Origin: Azolla caroliniana
Taxonomy: Eukaryota; Plantae; Polypodiophyta
Direction: 5' to 3'
DNA length: 46,778 nucleotides
Assembly: GCA_043228905.1 (NCBI GenBank)
Contig: JBHGNT010000239.1
Location: 1-46,778, forward strand
Each line of letters opens with the position of its first letter. Position 1 is the first letter of the stretch. Both the position numbers and the translations under genes were made by a program. The notes under the pieces were generated by a model. It worked only from the letters and a program-made list of their open reading frames with translations. It searched no databases and had not been told where the DNA came from. Of the stretch, positions 25,918-38,989 are shown in pieces.

Positions 25918-26640
25918 TTGGTTGTTTCAAGATCATGCTTAGCAGGGGTTGCCTTACCAATATTACTACATACCAATGACATTGTGTTGATCTCCGACTC
26001 TCTCGAGGGACTACAAAGACACCTAAATTATTTTCCGTCACTTTGTATAGATAAAGATTTGACAGTCAACCTTGATAAAACTGAAGTGATAGTATTTAAG
26101 ACCACTTACGCATGGGTAATGAGATTAGAACCAGAATCATTCTTGAGAGAGGAAACGGAGGTATACACATGATCATAGACATATCTAGGGAGTAGCATTC
26201 TCAGGGCCTGAGTTCTGCCTACAGGAGGATGCATGTTCCTGACTTTCTCATGGAAATGCAGCTCTTGATGCCCTTGAGAGACAATGTGTAATATCCAGTT
26301 CCAAGAACCATGCACTAAATTGTGGTTGTTTGGTACACTTGTAACACCAACTCTTCTCTATGGAGTAGAAATTTAGGGACCTTAATCTTTATAGAGGACA
26401 TAACTGGACAGATTTGGAGAAATCTTTAGTCTCGATGGTTGCCTGCATGATCAGGAGCAATCCTGGTGGAGATGATGGCAGGTCAATAGTGACCAAAGCA
26501 ATATTCTGATGAGTGACTATATCCAATGGATTTAGAAGTTCTCTAAGCAAAGACATTCAAGACTGGTACTTATATCATCATAAGCTTGCTAAACATGGAG
26601 AGAATTATTGTTGGAATGTAGAAATGCAAAGAGGAGAGCG
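25918..26640 (+). mobile_element. Degenerate LINE RT fragment in SAM50 intron 2
   Basis: LLHTNDIVLIS..VNLDKTEVIVF..YLG..LFGTLVTPTLLYGVE, homologous to the copy A region. Confidence 0.75.
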
Positions 26641-26685
26641 ATCCAAGCAGATATCATTAAATTGGATAATGAAAGAACATGAATC

Positions 26686-27139
26686 TGTTGGAGGGTGGCA
26701 GCTCCAGACCTGCACTCTCTTTCATCTTTATTATCTCTGTACTACATTCTCTCTCTTCCCAGATTCTTCTCTCTCTAAAATCTGCAACTCTTTAAATGCC
26801 TTCTCTCTCTAGAATCTGCAACACTTTAAATGCCTTTTCTCTCTTTCACTTTTTCCAAGATATTCCCTTTTTTATTCCTAGTTTATTGTACCTATTTGGT
26901 AGTACAAGAGTCTCTTAACTACCAAACAACCATTCCCAAATTTGTATAAATAGGCTTATACAAGCCTCTTTTGTAATGAGATTATTTTTCTGCTGCTACT
27001 TACACACAAGCACAACTCTTTGGGTGTCTCTACTCTTTGCAACCATTTTTTCTACTCTTGTCTAACAGCCTTCTCACAGCTTGGCTGTGTCTATCTTGTT
27101 CTAACTCTTCTGCTGCTACTATTAACAACTTTTCTCACA
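26686..27139 (+). repeat. 5' LTR (454 bp)
   Basis: TGTTGGAG...TCTCACA; matches 30101-30519. Confidence 0.95.
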
Positions 27140-30100
27140 TGGTATCAGAGTAGTGAGGTCTCCATATCCTCAGCCTGATTTTTTTTGCCAAAGAGCACAC
27201 AGACCTCTCTTCTTTTATCCCTCCCTCCCAACCCTATAGAGGAAGTTCCCTTAGCAGCCACCCTCCCAACCTACAGAGGAGGTTCTTTTTTTTTTCCTTT
27301 CCCCTCATCTGCGCCTCACCTAGCATCTAGGGAGAAGTAGAAGACCCTGAACATCTACTTACAACTGTTGTAAATTGTCCAGTTGTAGCTCAAGAGGAGG
27401 ATATCCATGGCCTCACATGCCACCATTGTTTCATCAACCATTCCCCAACTCCCCAAAGAGTCCATCTTGGATGGGAACAATTACTTGGATTGGGACCACC
27501 AGTAACTTCATCCTCTTCAACCAAATCAATTGCTGGCTCATCTAACGCTGAGATTGAAGCTTGGCTAGATAAGGATTCTCGTGCTCATGCTTTCATCGTG
27601 TTTAATATTAAACCGAGCATCGCTCGTCAATTTCAAGATAGAGATGAAGAGACAGCCAATGAACTATGGACAACCATCAAAAAGAGGTATCATCGAGCTA
27701 TTGAGAGCCAACTAGCAAATCTCAAGATTCATGACACTCCCAACATCATGGATCAAATAACGTAATTTGTTACTCTCCAAAAGGAACTAGTTTCTTTGGG
27801 AAGCAAGTCAACTGAAGTCAAGTTTGTACATCGTCTAATGATAAAGTTGCTTGAGTCATTCTCAACCTTTTGTGACACAATTTCTCTTCTCCCCAACACA
27901 CCTGATATGAATACATTTTTTGGCATGGTACAAGACAGGGCAACAAGGAAGAAAAGTGCTCAAACTTCCAATGAGACGCTTCTACATGCGACAAGTAAAG
28001 GCAACTAGAAGCAAAATGGTAACTCCTACAACAAACCCAATCCAAGACCACCAAACAACCCAGCCTACAAGGAGCTCACTTGTCATTATTGTGGCTACAA
28101 AGATCACATTCAGCCCGATTGTCGGAAAAAGAAAAGGGACAATGCTAAGAACTCTTCTTCTACCGAAAATCAACCTACACCGAAATCCAACTCAGCCCAC
28201 TCAGCCAAAGAAACAATTTTCCTTGGCATTGAGGAACATACTTCACATTTGACTGGAGCAACTACCTCAACCATTGATGAGTGGTTAGTAGATAGTGGTG
28301 CCACTTCACACATGACCTATGACAAATCCATTTTGCATGATGTGAAGCCTAGCTCCTCCCAAATCTCCATAGGAGATGCCTCAAGCATTGAGGCTTCATG
28401 TGTGGGTAATGTGTTTCTTAACACTTCTTCAAATGGCGAACCTGTCGTTCTTCAAGATGTGCTACATGTGCCTCGCATCTCTGCCAACCTACTTTCAGTC
28501 TACTGAATCACTAAGCAAGGTTATGGAGTCTACTTTGATAGCTCAGTTTTGGAAGTCATTGACACCAACAACCTACAAATTGTAGCTAGTGGCACACAAG
28601 AAGGGGGTTTATACCGCTTGAAAGGTTCCCACGGCCCCTTGGAAAAATCCAAATCTCATCTTCTTCATCTTCTTCAAGGCTCTCATGCCTTGGTGGCACA
28701 AGAAGATCCCACGTTGCGGCACGCTCGGTTTGGTCACCTCAACTACGATTCTCTACAAAAGCTCTCCTCTTCATAGCTAGTTGAGGGTCTTCCTATTTTC
28801 AAAACTCCCAATACCCCATGTGTTGCTTGTCTTCATGGCAAGCAACATCGAGAGCCTTTCCCTCATGAAACCACTCACCGTGCAACATCTATCTTGGAGT
28901 TAGTGCACATGGATCTCCGTGGTCCCATGAAAACCACTACTCTTGGTGGTGCACGCTACTTAATGCTCATCATTGATGATTTCCCCCACAAGGTTTGGGT
29001 TTATTTTCTTGTAGAAAAATCTCAAGCCTTCACAAAATTTCAAGAATGGGTAGCTCTTGTGGAGAACGAGACATCAAAGAAAGTTCGAAAGATTAGGTCG
29101 GACAATGGTGGAGAGTTTATCTCCCAAGCTTTCCACCATTTTTGCTCTCAACGAGGCATTGCTCGCCAATTTTCTACACCCAATACTCCTCAACAAAATG
29201 GTGTTGTGGGGAGGAAGAATCGGACAGTCCAAGAGATGGCTCATACAATGCTATCTCAATTTGATCTTCCTCTCTTGTTTTGGGGTGAAACTGTCAACAC
29301 AGCAGTTTACATCATCAACTGCTGCCCAACAAGAGCAGTTGCTGCATTTCAGATCATAAAAGGACTAAATTTGAGTCCAAAACCAAGAAATGCAAATTTC
29401 TTAGTTATAGCACACAATCTAAAGCCTACAGGTTATGGGATTTCGAATCAAAGTCCCTAGTCATCTCTAGGGATGTTGATTTTGTGGAATCTCAGCTGGA
29501 TGACTATGATTTCACCTGAGTTGACGGTTAAAATCCTAGCTCCTCCGGAATCTCCTATTTTAGACGAAGATGTCTCACCTTCAAGCCTCCCATCTCCTCC
29601 TACTCAATCTCTAACTTCGCCAACAATTCAAACCTCCCTCAACTCCACTTGTTTCCCCTCCCTCTACACACCAACTTCCACCACTTCCCAAGTGGCTTCA
29701 AGCCACCATTCGTGATTCTCATCTCTCCAATGCTGATCTTCATGAGTATACATCTGGTTCTCCGACCAACATGAAAAGAACACGTAAGTCACAACGGCCT
29801 CCTCACTCATGCACCTTTGCCTTACTGTGCACTGTTGTGCAATCACAAGAACCCACAACAGCAAAAGAGGCCCTTGTTCTTCCAAAGTGGAAAGCAACAA
29901 TGGAAGTTGAACTTGATTCCATTGAGTGGAATCATACATGGGAGCTGGTCCCACAGCCTACTCACAAGTCATCGAGTTGGCATATTTCTCTACTCAAGAA
30001 AATGTGGCTGATTTATTTCCTAAGCCACTTCCAAGGCAAGCCAATGATCAGCTCCTTGGTTGACTCAATGTTGGACTGCTGTTCTGGAGCTGAGAGGAGG

Positions 30101-30519
30101 TGTTGGAGGGTGGCAGCTCCAGACCTACACTCTCTTTCATCTTTATTATCTCTGTACTACATTCTCTCTTCCCAGATTCTTCTCTCTCTAGAATCTGCAA
30201 CGCTTTAAATGCCTTTTCTCTCTTCCACTTTTTCCAATATATTCCCTTTTTATTCCTAGTTTATTGTACCTGTTTGGTAGTATAAGAGTCTCTTAACTAC
30301 CAAACAACCATTCCCAATTTTGTATAAATAGGCTTATACCAGCCTCTTTTGTAATGAGATTATTTTTCTGCTGCTACTTACAAACAAGCACAACTCTTTG
30401 GCTGTGTCTCTACTCTTTGCAACCATTTTTTCTACTGTTTTCTAACAGCTTTCTCACAGCTTGGCTGTGTCTATTTTGTTCTAACTCTTCCGTTGCTGCT
30501 ATTAAAAGTTTTTCTCACA
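30101..30519 (+). repeat. 3' LTR (419 bp)
   Basis: TGTTGGAG...TCTCACA after the PPT. Confidence 0.95.
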
Positions 30520-32280
30520 GAGACCATTTACTCGAAAGGAATTTGCGGAGGATGCTGAAGGTGTCGTCTGATCCAGCTTTGCATCATCCAGACATCATCA
30601 GGCATACCTTTATAGACAAATTCCGGTGGAAGCTTTAGATTTCCTAGGAAGATTTCAAGTGGTGATATTTAAGAAACGCCACACAAGGAAACTACTTCAA
30701 AGCCCTTAAACAAAGTCACATACTGGAGAATTTGCAGATTTGATGGGGTTTGAGTGTTGTGTATTGCATTTTGGAACATGGAATAAGGCACCTAGATAAT
30801 GGCAAAAACAGATGCATGTGTATAATTTAAGCTAACATGTGTCATCAATCATGAGCGCCAGATGGTTTTGGGTCTACTTCAATTAGGGCTAAACAGAGGA
30901 CTAATCCTGCCTCTCTATTACCATATTCCACTTAAAATTATCTGCTAAACATTGAACAATTTCGGTTTTTTCTGTACTATTATCTCTCTATACACAAACT
31001 TTTAGTATATCCATCTTGTGTGAACCAAGAATTTGGATCTTGCTAGGCAGGTCCCCATAATGTTTTCTCCACTCTTTTCCTGGTCCAAAACTCCAACATG
31101 TACAAATGCACCATGCTAGGTAATAGCAACGACAGTAGGAGACATTGCATGAGCCTTAACAACTCCTAGAGTATGTGACATGATGGATAACATTATCCAT
31201 AAGAAATGGAGGATGGGTCATATCCTATATGATGATTTCGCTTGATGGAGATGCTGCTCTGAGAGTGTTAAATTGTCACCACGACCTCATTCTTACAAAC
31301 TAATGGTGCGTCTAAAAAATGACGAAATGATGCATCTTATACAGTAATTCATATATACTAGGTAGAGGGGTTGATCTCCGCAATTAAGATGTTTTGAGCA
31401 CATGAAAAAAAAATTGTACATATACAAAGTCATGATGAATTTGGACACAACATTACAATGTGTCACTCTCAATTGTTTCAACTGTCATCCCCACAATGAC
31501 CTTGACGTTCCACTATTAGTAAAGTCATAGAACCTATCTCAGATGAATGGTCAAATGATAAGAGACTTTTGTGCTAACTTTCATTCTTGTAGCATATGAT
31601 CTGCTCAAACACAATAAGGAAAACCTTCACTTTCCTATATCTTAGAGTGGTGAGAGTGAATAACATCATGATAGCTTTTAGCTACAACAAGACATCCTCA
31701 CTAGAACGTTCATCAAATTTTCACGTTGGATAACATGTTTTCCAACAATGGGCTCCATTATAGTTATACTTATGAGGCAGAAATGTTTTGATTTTCGAGG
31801 TCCTGAGAAACAGATCACATAGAAAGAGAAAACGAAGATATCTTAAAGTCTCTAAAAGAGCATAATGGCCTATAGATAATAACAAAGATTACAACTGTTT
31901 GTTTATGTTAACTTAGCAATGCTTGTGGCCAAAGCAAAATGTATTTCTACAATAGCTTCCTAGAATTAAATGGCTCAAAATGTAATCATGAATCATCAAT
32001 GATCAACAACCAAGTTTGGTGCCTTATAATTGGAGCTGAAATTATTGCCTTATGTAAATGTCCATCATGGAAATAATCCGATATGGAAGGTTTAGTGGGA
32101 CGAGGAGTTTCCAATTCCGTGTATTGATCAAACAAGAAATAACAAATAATTTATTTGCAAAAAACACACTGACTATTTATTCATAAGATAGCACGTCAAT
32201 GGGGCACACTCTTGATCCTATTGATAAAGATTTTGAATACAATTTACAAAAGCCCTATGAAATCAACCATTACACTACAC

Positions 32281-32766
32281 CTGGCGAACAAATCGAAGAA
32301 GTTTGCTGTCGGGTCCAATGCCTGCAACCTGAGTTGACGACCTTATAGCATAGCCTCTCATTGGCCTGAACACTGAGTCACGCTCGTCAATCTTGAATGT
32401 GTATTTGATCGATGATAGAAGAGAATGTCCAAGCTGCTTGCGTATTGAGGGAGATGCCATGTGGCTAGGATCCTGTAAAGTTCTCCACGTGATATTGTAG
32501 CTCAAATCATGACGTGTATCAGAAACAATTCCAGCTGAAATTCCAACAATTTGTTCTGTATATGAAGAATATTTCAACCAATCCTGGCTGAATACTGATG
32601 CACGTGTAAGTAAAGCCACTGGAAATCCCTTGAACCTTGGATAAAAAAGGCCCGTGCTCATCTCGGTTGTACCATCATAGCCATAACTAACTGTGCTGTC
32701 CCAAGTCTCAGCATACCCCAGGAGGTTCTTCCATTTAATGGAGCCATCAAAAGTCCAGCTCTTGGC
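32281..32766 (-). CDS. SAM50: SAM50 exon 2
   Basis: gcag|...|gtgta; AKSWTFDGSIKWKNLLGYAETW..SQDWLKYSSY..IRKQLGHSLLSSIKYTFKIDERDS..PMRGY. Confidence 0.95.
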
Positions 32767-33181
32767 CTGCAAAATCCCAAATTGTAAATCAAGGTTTCAT
32801 ATTCTAGAGCAGGTGCAAGCATGCATATATATTATTATAGAAAATTTGTGCCCCCGGTACAATGAGTAACTATTTCCTTGAATTATTGCTCTATCAGCAG
32901 ATATTTCCTCCTTTACAATGAGTAACAGATTGTTAACATGTTTAAAGTGTGGCCACCCTTGAGCTTAAGAAACATATGTACAAACTTACTTATTTACTGC
33001 ATAGCAAATTTCCAAACTCTGTATTGTCATCTATTTCCTACTGCTCTAACTGAAACCTGTTTTGTTCTTTGTACAGATAGTTTTCATGTGCATTCTTCTT
33101 CTTTATAAAAATTAGTACCACTTCAATACCCTTAGAAAAGAATGCATGCATTGTACAACAGAAAAGTGATAACGACTCTAC

Positions 33182-33763
33182 CTCAGGCTTGGTGTAAATG
33201 CCAACATCTCCAGAATAGGAATTCTTTGGTTCTTTCACATTTACGAATACATTCGTGGTGCCAGGAAGCTCGATTGGACCCGGTTCGAGAGAGATCAAAC
33301 ACTCTTCGAATATTCCTAGCCCTTCGATCCGAGACATTGCGAGGGCCACTTCTCTCAAAAGCTCTTGGGAATTCTCAGCATTCTTTACTTTCTCAAATTC
33401 AGCCTCAACCACCGCATCTTTCGTTCGAACATTACCTTCTATCTTCACATCATGAACCCTCAGCTTCACTGGCTCATCAGTAAACTTCTTGAGTAAAGGA
33501 AAAGAGAATCCTTTTCTTTCTCTTTTTCCATCTTCGTTTTCTTCTTTTCCATCTTCTTCTTTTCTTTCTTCTTTTTCTTTGTCTGCTTCTTTTTTGACGT
33601 CCTCCTCTTCCAAAACTACTTTGTGTTTTGAGTTGGGCATATCATCTTTAATTCTACCTGATGCAGGTACGCTGCTTCTTCTTCTTTCTTCTTCTTCTTC
33701 TTCTTGTTCTTCGTCATCATCGTCATCTTTCTCTTCCAGCGAGCTTTCTGTCCGAGCTCCCAT
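33182..33763 (-). CDS. SAM50: Sorting and assembly machinery component 50 (Omp85 family), exon 1: acidic N-terminus plus POTRA
   Basis: EPVKLRVHDVKIEGNVRTKDAVVEAE..LGIFE..GPIELPGTTNV; donor gag|gtaga; all introns phase 0; 552 aa total. Confidence 0.93.
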
Positions 33764-34957
33764 GGCGAGCTTTGCTGCCTGGGCAGAGAATACTGTGGGC
33801 CAAAGATCAGAATGCAACTCTCCCTTTCCAGAATTCACAAAAATGCCCCTCCTTCTCTTGAGCTTTCCCGGAATTCCCAGAAACTGCCCCTCCCTTTCTC
33901 AAATTAGGGCTCTCCAATAGACGGACTCGGCTCAAGGGCTCGCCCACAAACTCAATTAGGGTTCCATACATTGTTTCGTTATGTTATGTTATGTTTTATT
34001 ATTTATATATATATATATGTATACATATCAATTAGCTTTTGTGACCTGCAAATCTCCAATCTACCCCAGGTGTAACCTTATCCAAATTTGGAATAGGATG
34101 CTGCAAATATGTCATTTCTGGCAACTGAGACCATATAAAATGATAATTTCTAGGAATATGAGACATTGTCCATATTGTCCAAAAAGCCATTATTTTTCTT
34201 TGGGTTCCCAACCAAGCCCAACTGTGCCATACAAATAAATTGATGTAGAAAGGAATGCTTATCCTCCCATCCCAAAAGATGAGATGTTGCCAAGACTTCC
34301 AATTGCAAATAATTTTATTTTCCCTTCCATGTGATGGATGCCACTCTAACAAATCCAAGATACATTGTCAAGAGGTCACTAAAGGTTGAATTATCAATGA
34401 CCTTGCACATTATTTGTCTATCATTATTTACCACATGCCACAAATTTTGTCCATTGTGGTTGTCCTTCAAAAATAACCTTGAGAAAAGACAATCTTTTAG
34501 CCACCATATGCTCATATAGATTTAAATTTGCAACCACACTAAGTCTTTTTGAAGTTCAAATATAACTCCATGCCACACAAATAAGGAATGATCTTTCTTT
34601 TCTCTTCCATAATATAAACTACATTGAGAGACAAAGAGAGGAGAGTTCCCCTCTCTCATAGACATGATTGCATGGTGGAATGTAAGGGTTGAACCCATGC
34701 CCTCTTGGCCTTATTGGGCAACCTTACTAATTGAACTACATCCATCTATGCATCATTGAATCAGATTAAACTTCTTGCATTGTAGGTTCATCATTAGAAA
34801 TTTCCTAGCTTGCATGCATCCTCATGCATTTTCTAGAATATTCTTAGCTTCATGCATACCTCCTTGTTCTTGTATAAGTACTCAAGTGCACCTTGGTTCT
34901 AATCAAGGTGAACAAAACCAGTTACGGAAGCATAAATTCAATTCTTGTTCTCTTGTC

Positions 34958-34960
<3 letters not shown>

Positions 34961-35010
<50 letters not shown>
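34961..35010 (+). repeat. (TC)25 within three copies of CTTGTTCTCTTGTYTAT; 5' flank of LINE copy C
   Basis: Read directly from the sequence. Confidence 0.93.
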
Positions 35011-35016
<6 letters not shown>

Positions 35017-35052
35017 TCTTGTCTATTTTCTCTTCTTGTTCTCTTGTTTATG

Positions 35053-37963
35053 CTCTCTCCCTCTTTGTCTCTCTCTTCCCGTAGGGTTTGTCCCTACAAT
35101 GGCAAACACTCGTAAAGCTGCCACAAAGTTCGGGGGTATGATTGATAATGAGCCGAGATCACCAACAAATCTTGATGTGGTATCAAACTCATCTAATATG
35201 CATGTGATGCATCAAGAGAAGAATATAGAAAGCATAGATGTCCGAGAATTGAAAGAACGTGAACGACAATAAAAGAACATTGTCGTCCGTGGTATTAAAG
35301 AAGAGAATATGGAAACACCCGCATCCCTTGGAAAGGCCATTGGTGAATTTTTTAGCATGCATTATGGGATGTCAAATGTGAATGTATATGGGGCACACCG
35401 AGTTGGGAAACATGGTGTTACTCGCTCCGGAGAAAGGCCAATTGTATGCACAATGACAGATGATACAACGCGGCGGATCATACTCGAAAATAGTTGGGTA
35501 TACCTCAAAGGTATGCAATGCTTTGTGAGTGAAGATCGTACTATCTAACAACAAAATGCTCATCATAAAGCATATGAAGAAAGATTGAAAAACAAGGTTA
35601 AGGATGTGCCTAAAGATGGAAATGTAGGCAAATAGGGACACGTGACCTATGAGACCAACCCATGCCTTTTACGACTATGCTTTTGGAATGCAATGCATAC
35701 CCATGGAATGCGGGATTTGGCATAGAGGAGTTCACCGATGACTTGGATATCACACTTCTTTTTGAAACATGGGAGCATGATACTCAAAGGATTCAAGGTT
35801 TAGGAAACTATAATGTACACTCTTTGATATGGAAGAAAAATCCAAGACAAAGAAGAGGACAAAGAGGGGTGGCATATTTGATTAAGAAGGAAATAGAGAA
35901 ATATGTGTCAATCATAAAAAATGATGAACATAAATGCCACATATGGTTCAAAATAGAAACACCTAATGATTTGCCCACTTTTGTAGTTGGATGTTACATT
36001 CCTCATCAAGATTCTAACTTTTATGCTTGTTTGAATAAAGATCAACCTTTTGCCAATCTAGAAGATGATATTGCTTATTTCAAATCCAAAGGGGAAGTTA
36101 TTGTTTTTGGTGACATGAATGCTCGTACAAGAAGTTTCCAACTTGATTCACAAGAATCTTTCATGCCACATATCTCAAGGATGCAAGAGGATATGCAAAT
36201 GTATAACCGCTCTTCTAGCGATGAAAAAGGTCCGAACCAATTTGGGAATTTACTCCTACAAATGTGCAATAGTACCGTATTGCTTATTGCAAATGGTATT
36301 TCCTTATGGCCCAACACTAATGGTTTTACATGTAGAAAACACAACGGAAATAGTGTGATTGACTATGTGCTACTTTCTGAAGGTATTTTGGATCGTATAC
36401 ATAAATTCTCACTTAGTGAATGGACACCAAAATCCGATCATAGGCCTTTATGTATTGATCTCAAATGTATGCATAGGTTTGATTGTGAGAAGGTTATTGA
36501 AGATAATAAACAACCGCACTTGAGGATGAACCTTAAGCGAGCACCCATGTATTCCAATATGGTTGAGGATATGTTACAAATGACAAAGATACAACATGGT
36601 GCCACACTAGAATGCAAATGGGAAGCTTTCAAGAAAGTCATTCTCTCCTGTACAAACAAATGTTTTTCGACCAACCGCACATCTTGGAAATGCACCAAGA
36701 AACTTAGGAAAAAATGGTTTGATAAAGAATGTCGTGAAGCTCGAAAGTGCCTTATGGTTTTGGATGTAGTTAATTATAAAGAGAATTGCCAAAAGCATTT
36801 GCATGAGTATAAAAGGTTTATTCAAAGAAAGAGAAGAATATGGAAAGTTACTCAACAATTTACCCAAACGCAAGAGAAAGCACATGCATGTGCTAAATTT
36901 TGGGGAAATCTAAAGGGGAATCGTGTTGAGAGTTATGGTGACTTAACTCTTCACGACTTGTCTATGCATTGTAAGAATTTATATGAGTTATCTCTTGCCG
37001 GAAAGATGATGTGTTATGGTTCTCTTTCACATATGCCTCTCTTCTTTACAATTGAAGATATATGCATAGGACTTAAGAAATTGGCCTCTCGAAAGGCAAG
37101 AGATCTTCAATGTATAAAGGCGGAAATGCTCAAATGGACGGGAAAGGAAGCACATGTATGGATAAGCGATATGTTTAATGATGCATTGCAACATGGTATG
37201 CCGTACAATTGGACTACAAATTGGATCAAACCTTTACATAAAGGTGGAGATGTAAATAATGTAAACAACTATCGAACCATCATGGTTGGCTCATTAATGA
37301 CAAGACTGTTTGGTAGTATAATGGAATCAAAGATAAGTGTATGGGCTGAAAAAAATGGTAAGAGAGCTTATGGACAAGGTGGCTTTCGAAAACACCATAG
37401 CACCATTGATCACCTTATCACCATTCGAGTATTAATGGAGGAAAGTTGCCTTAGAGGTAAAGGTTTATATTGTTGCTTTGTAGACTTCAAGAAAGCTTTT
37501 GATATGGTACCTCGTGAGCATCTTTGGAGGCGAATGGAAGAACTTGAAGTGCCAAGTGAATATATGCTTGCAATTTCCTGAATTTATGAGAAGGTTATAT
37601 GTTGTGTGCGCATGAGAGATAAAATTTCAGATTTTTTCAAAAGCACTATTGGTGTTAAGCAAGGATGCCCACTCTCACCAACACTATTTGGTCTATGCAT
37701 TGATGAATTGGAAGAAATGGTTACCAAGTTTGCAAAGGAAGAATGTGTTGAAGAAGTTGCCATTAGGAATGTTGTGATTATGCTTTTAGTATATGCAAAT
37801 GATGTAGCGTTTTTTGCAAATACTTTAGGAGATGCACAAAAGCTTATGAAGGCATTGGAAATTTTTTGCATGCATACTAAATTAAGTGTCAATTGCTCTA
37901 AAACAAAGATTATGCTTGTGAAGAACCAATAAAGAGATAAACCATGCATTATGTACAACAATG
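35053..37963 (+). mobile_element. LINE copy C: internally deleted ORF1 (35099-35635) plus APE-RT ORF2, 3'-truncated
   Basis: ETW, GDMNAR, SVIDY, SDHRPL (APE); KPLHKGG..NYRTI, GFR, FVDFKKAFD, GVKQGCPLSPTLF, YAND (RT); premature stops. Confidence 0.96.
35662..37932 (+). pseudogene. LINE ORF2 (AP endonuclease plus reverse transcriptase), disrupted
   Basis: ORFs 35662-37581 and 37606-37932 share a frame and are split by a TGA; 1-nt deletion in the WNCNG motif relative to copy D. Confidence 0.92.
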
Positions 37964-38509
37964 GTGATGGTGAAGTCGTTCTTGGCGCTCTCGGCCCGCT
38001 TGTGTGACTCCTTCGGCTGGGCGGTCTCCTCCTCTCGTTCGGACTGTCATATTGGAGTCACAGGTTTCATGCCAGCTAGTGCCTTTGACTAGGCTGAGGA
38101 CTCGGTATGTTCTGGACCCGTGATGTCCTCTTGCCACTCGACTTGCGGCAGGCCTCCTAGACGTGATTTCTACCCTGACAACGACTGTTGTGTTGATGGC
38201 AGTGTGTGCACATACCTTTCTCGCAAGGCCAACACCGGGGGAAAGAATAATGATAGGTATTGTGCCACGATGGGCAGTACCTTTCTATTGGCTTGCAGCG
38301 CAAGGATGCTTGCTCATAGAGCCGCTCTTGTAAAAAAAGCCCCAATCAACCATGTTGCCTTGGTACTTGGTGATGATTAGGCCGACCTTGTTCTTCGGCA
38401 TCTCATAACTCTTAGGATGAACGCAGGCGACTTCGAGGAGAAACTTGGCAATCTCTCTAAAAAAGACATCCGGATCGGACTGTTTCCTGTACTCCTTAGG
38501 GTTCTGTCT

Positions 38510-38668
38510 TTCTCTCCATCTCACTATATCTCTCATACTATGCTTGTAGGTAGATTAATTTTAATTTCTAATAGTAATTAAATTCTTAATCTCTCTCTCT
38601 CTCTGCTACTCTACATGTAGGAATATGTAGTGTTTGTTTTTAATGTTAATTAATGTTAATTTTCTCTC
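38510..38668 (+). repeat. ~160-bp dispersed direct repeat, copy 1
   Basis: CTATATCTCTCATAYTATGCTTGTAGGTA...TGTAGGAATATGTAGTGTTTGTTTTTAATGTTAATTA recurs at 43991-44158. Confidence 0.9.
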
Positions 38669-38989
38669 GCTTACACTCCTACTTCGCCATGCCTTGTATC
38701 CACCGATGGCACACCATTTCACACTCCTTGTCTTAGACCTAATGGTCAATAAAAAAGTGATGGCACAACATTCTATGGAGGCCCGCGTATCAGAGATTGG
38801 CACCCACTACGAAGGAGCATTGTCAACCATCGAGCATTCATTCGTGCCGAGTGCCCTCACACAACGTTACGTGGCATTTGCAATGGTACCATCGGGGTCT
38901 CTTACTTCTCTACTTCCCATACACATGCTTCGACATCCAATACACGCTCTTCCCATCACATGTTATATCATAACCAACCCTTGCCAACC

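Larger units (their letters stand above)
26686..30519 (+). mobile_element. Ty1/copia element with both LTRs; most of RT/RNase H deleted
   Basis: LTR pair; PBS TGGTATCAGAG 27140-27150; CHYCGYKDHIQPDC; WLVDSGATSHMT; RSDNGGEF, PQQNGVVGRKN; PPT GAGAGGAGG 30092-30100. Confidence 0.95.

Noticed and set aside
2684-33763. Functional clustering of SAM50 and the PGP phosphatase as organelle membrane genes
   Set aside because: Two adjacent genes are not evidence of a cluster, and no shared regulatory signal is visible.
33142-33920. Plus-strand ORFs overlapping SAM50 exon 1
   Set aside because: Antisense shadows of a purine-rich coding strand.
35662-35700. ATG at 35662 as the true ORF2 start
   Set aside because: It is in frame only because of a 1-nt deletion in copy C; copy D has ACG there and the correct WNCNG frame.
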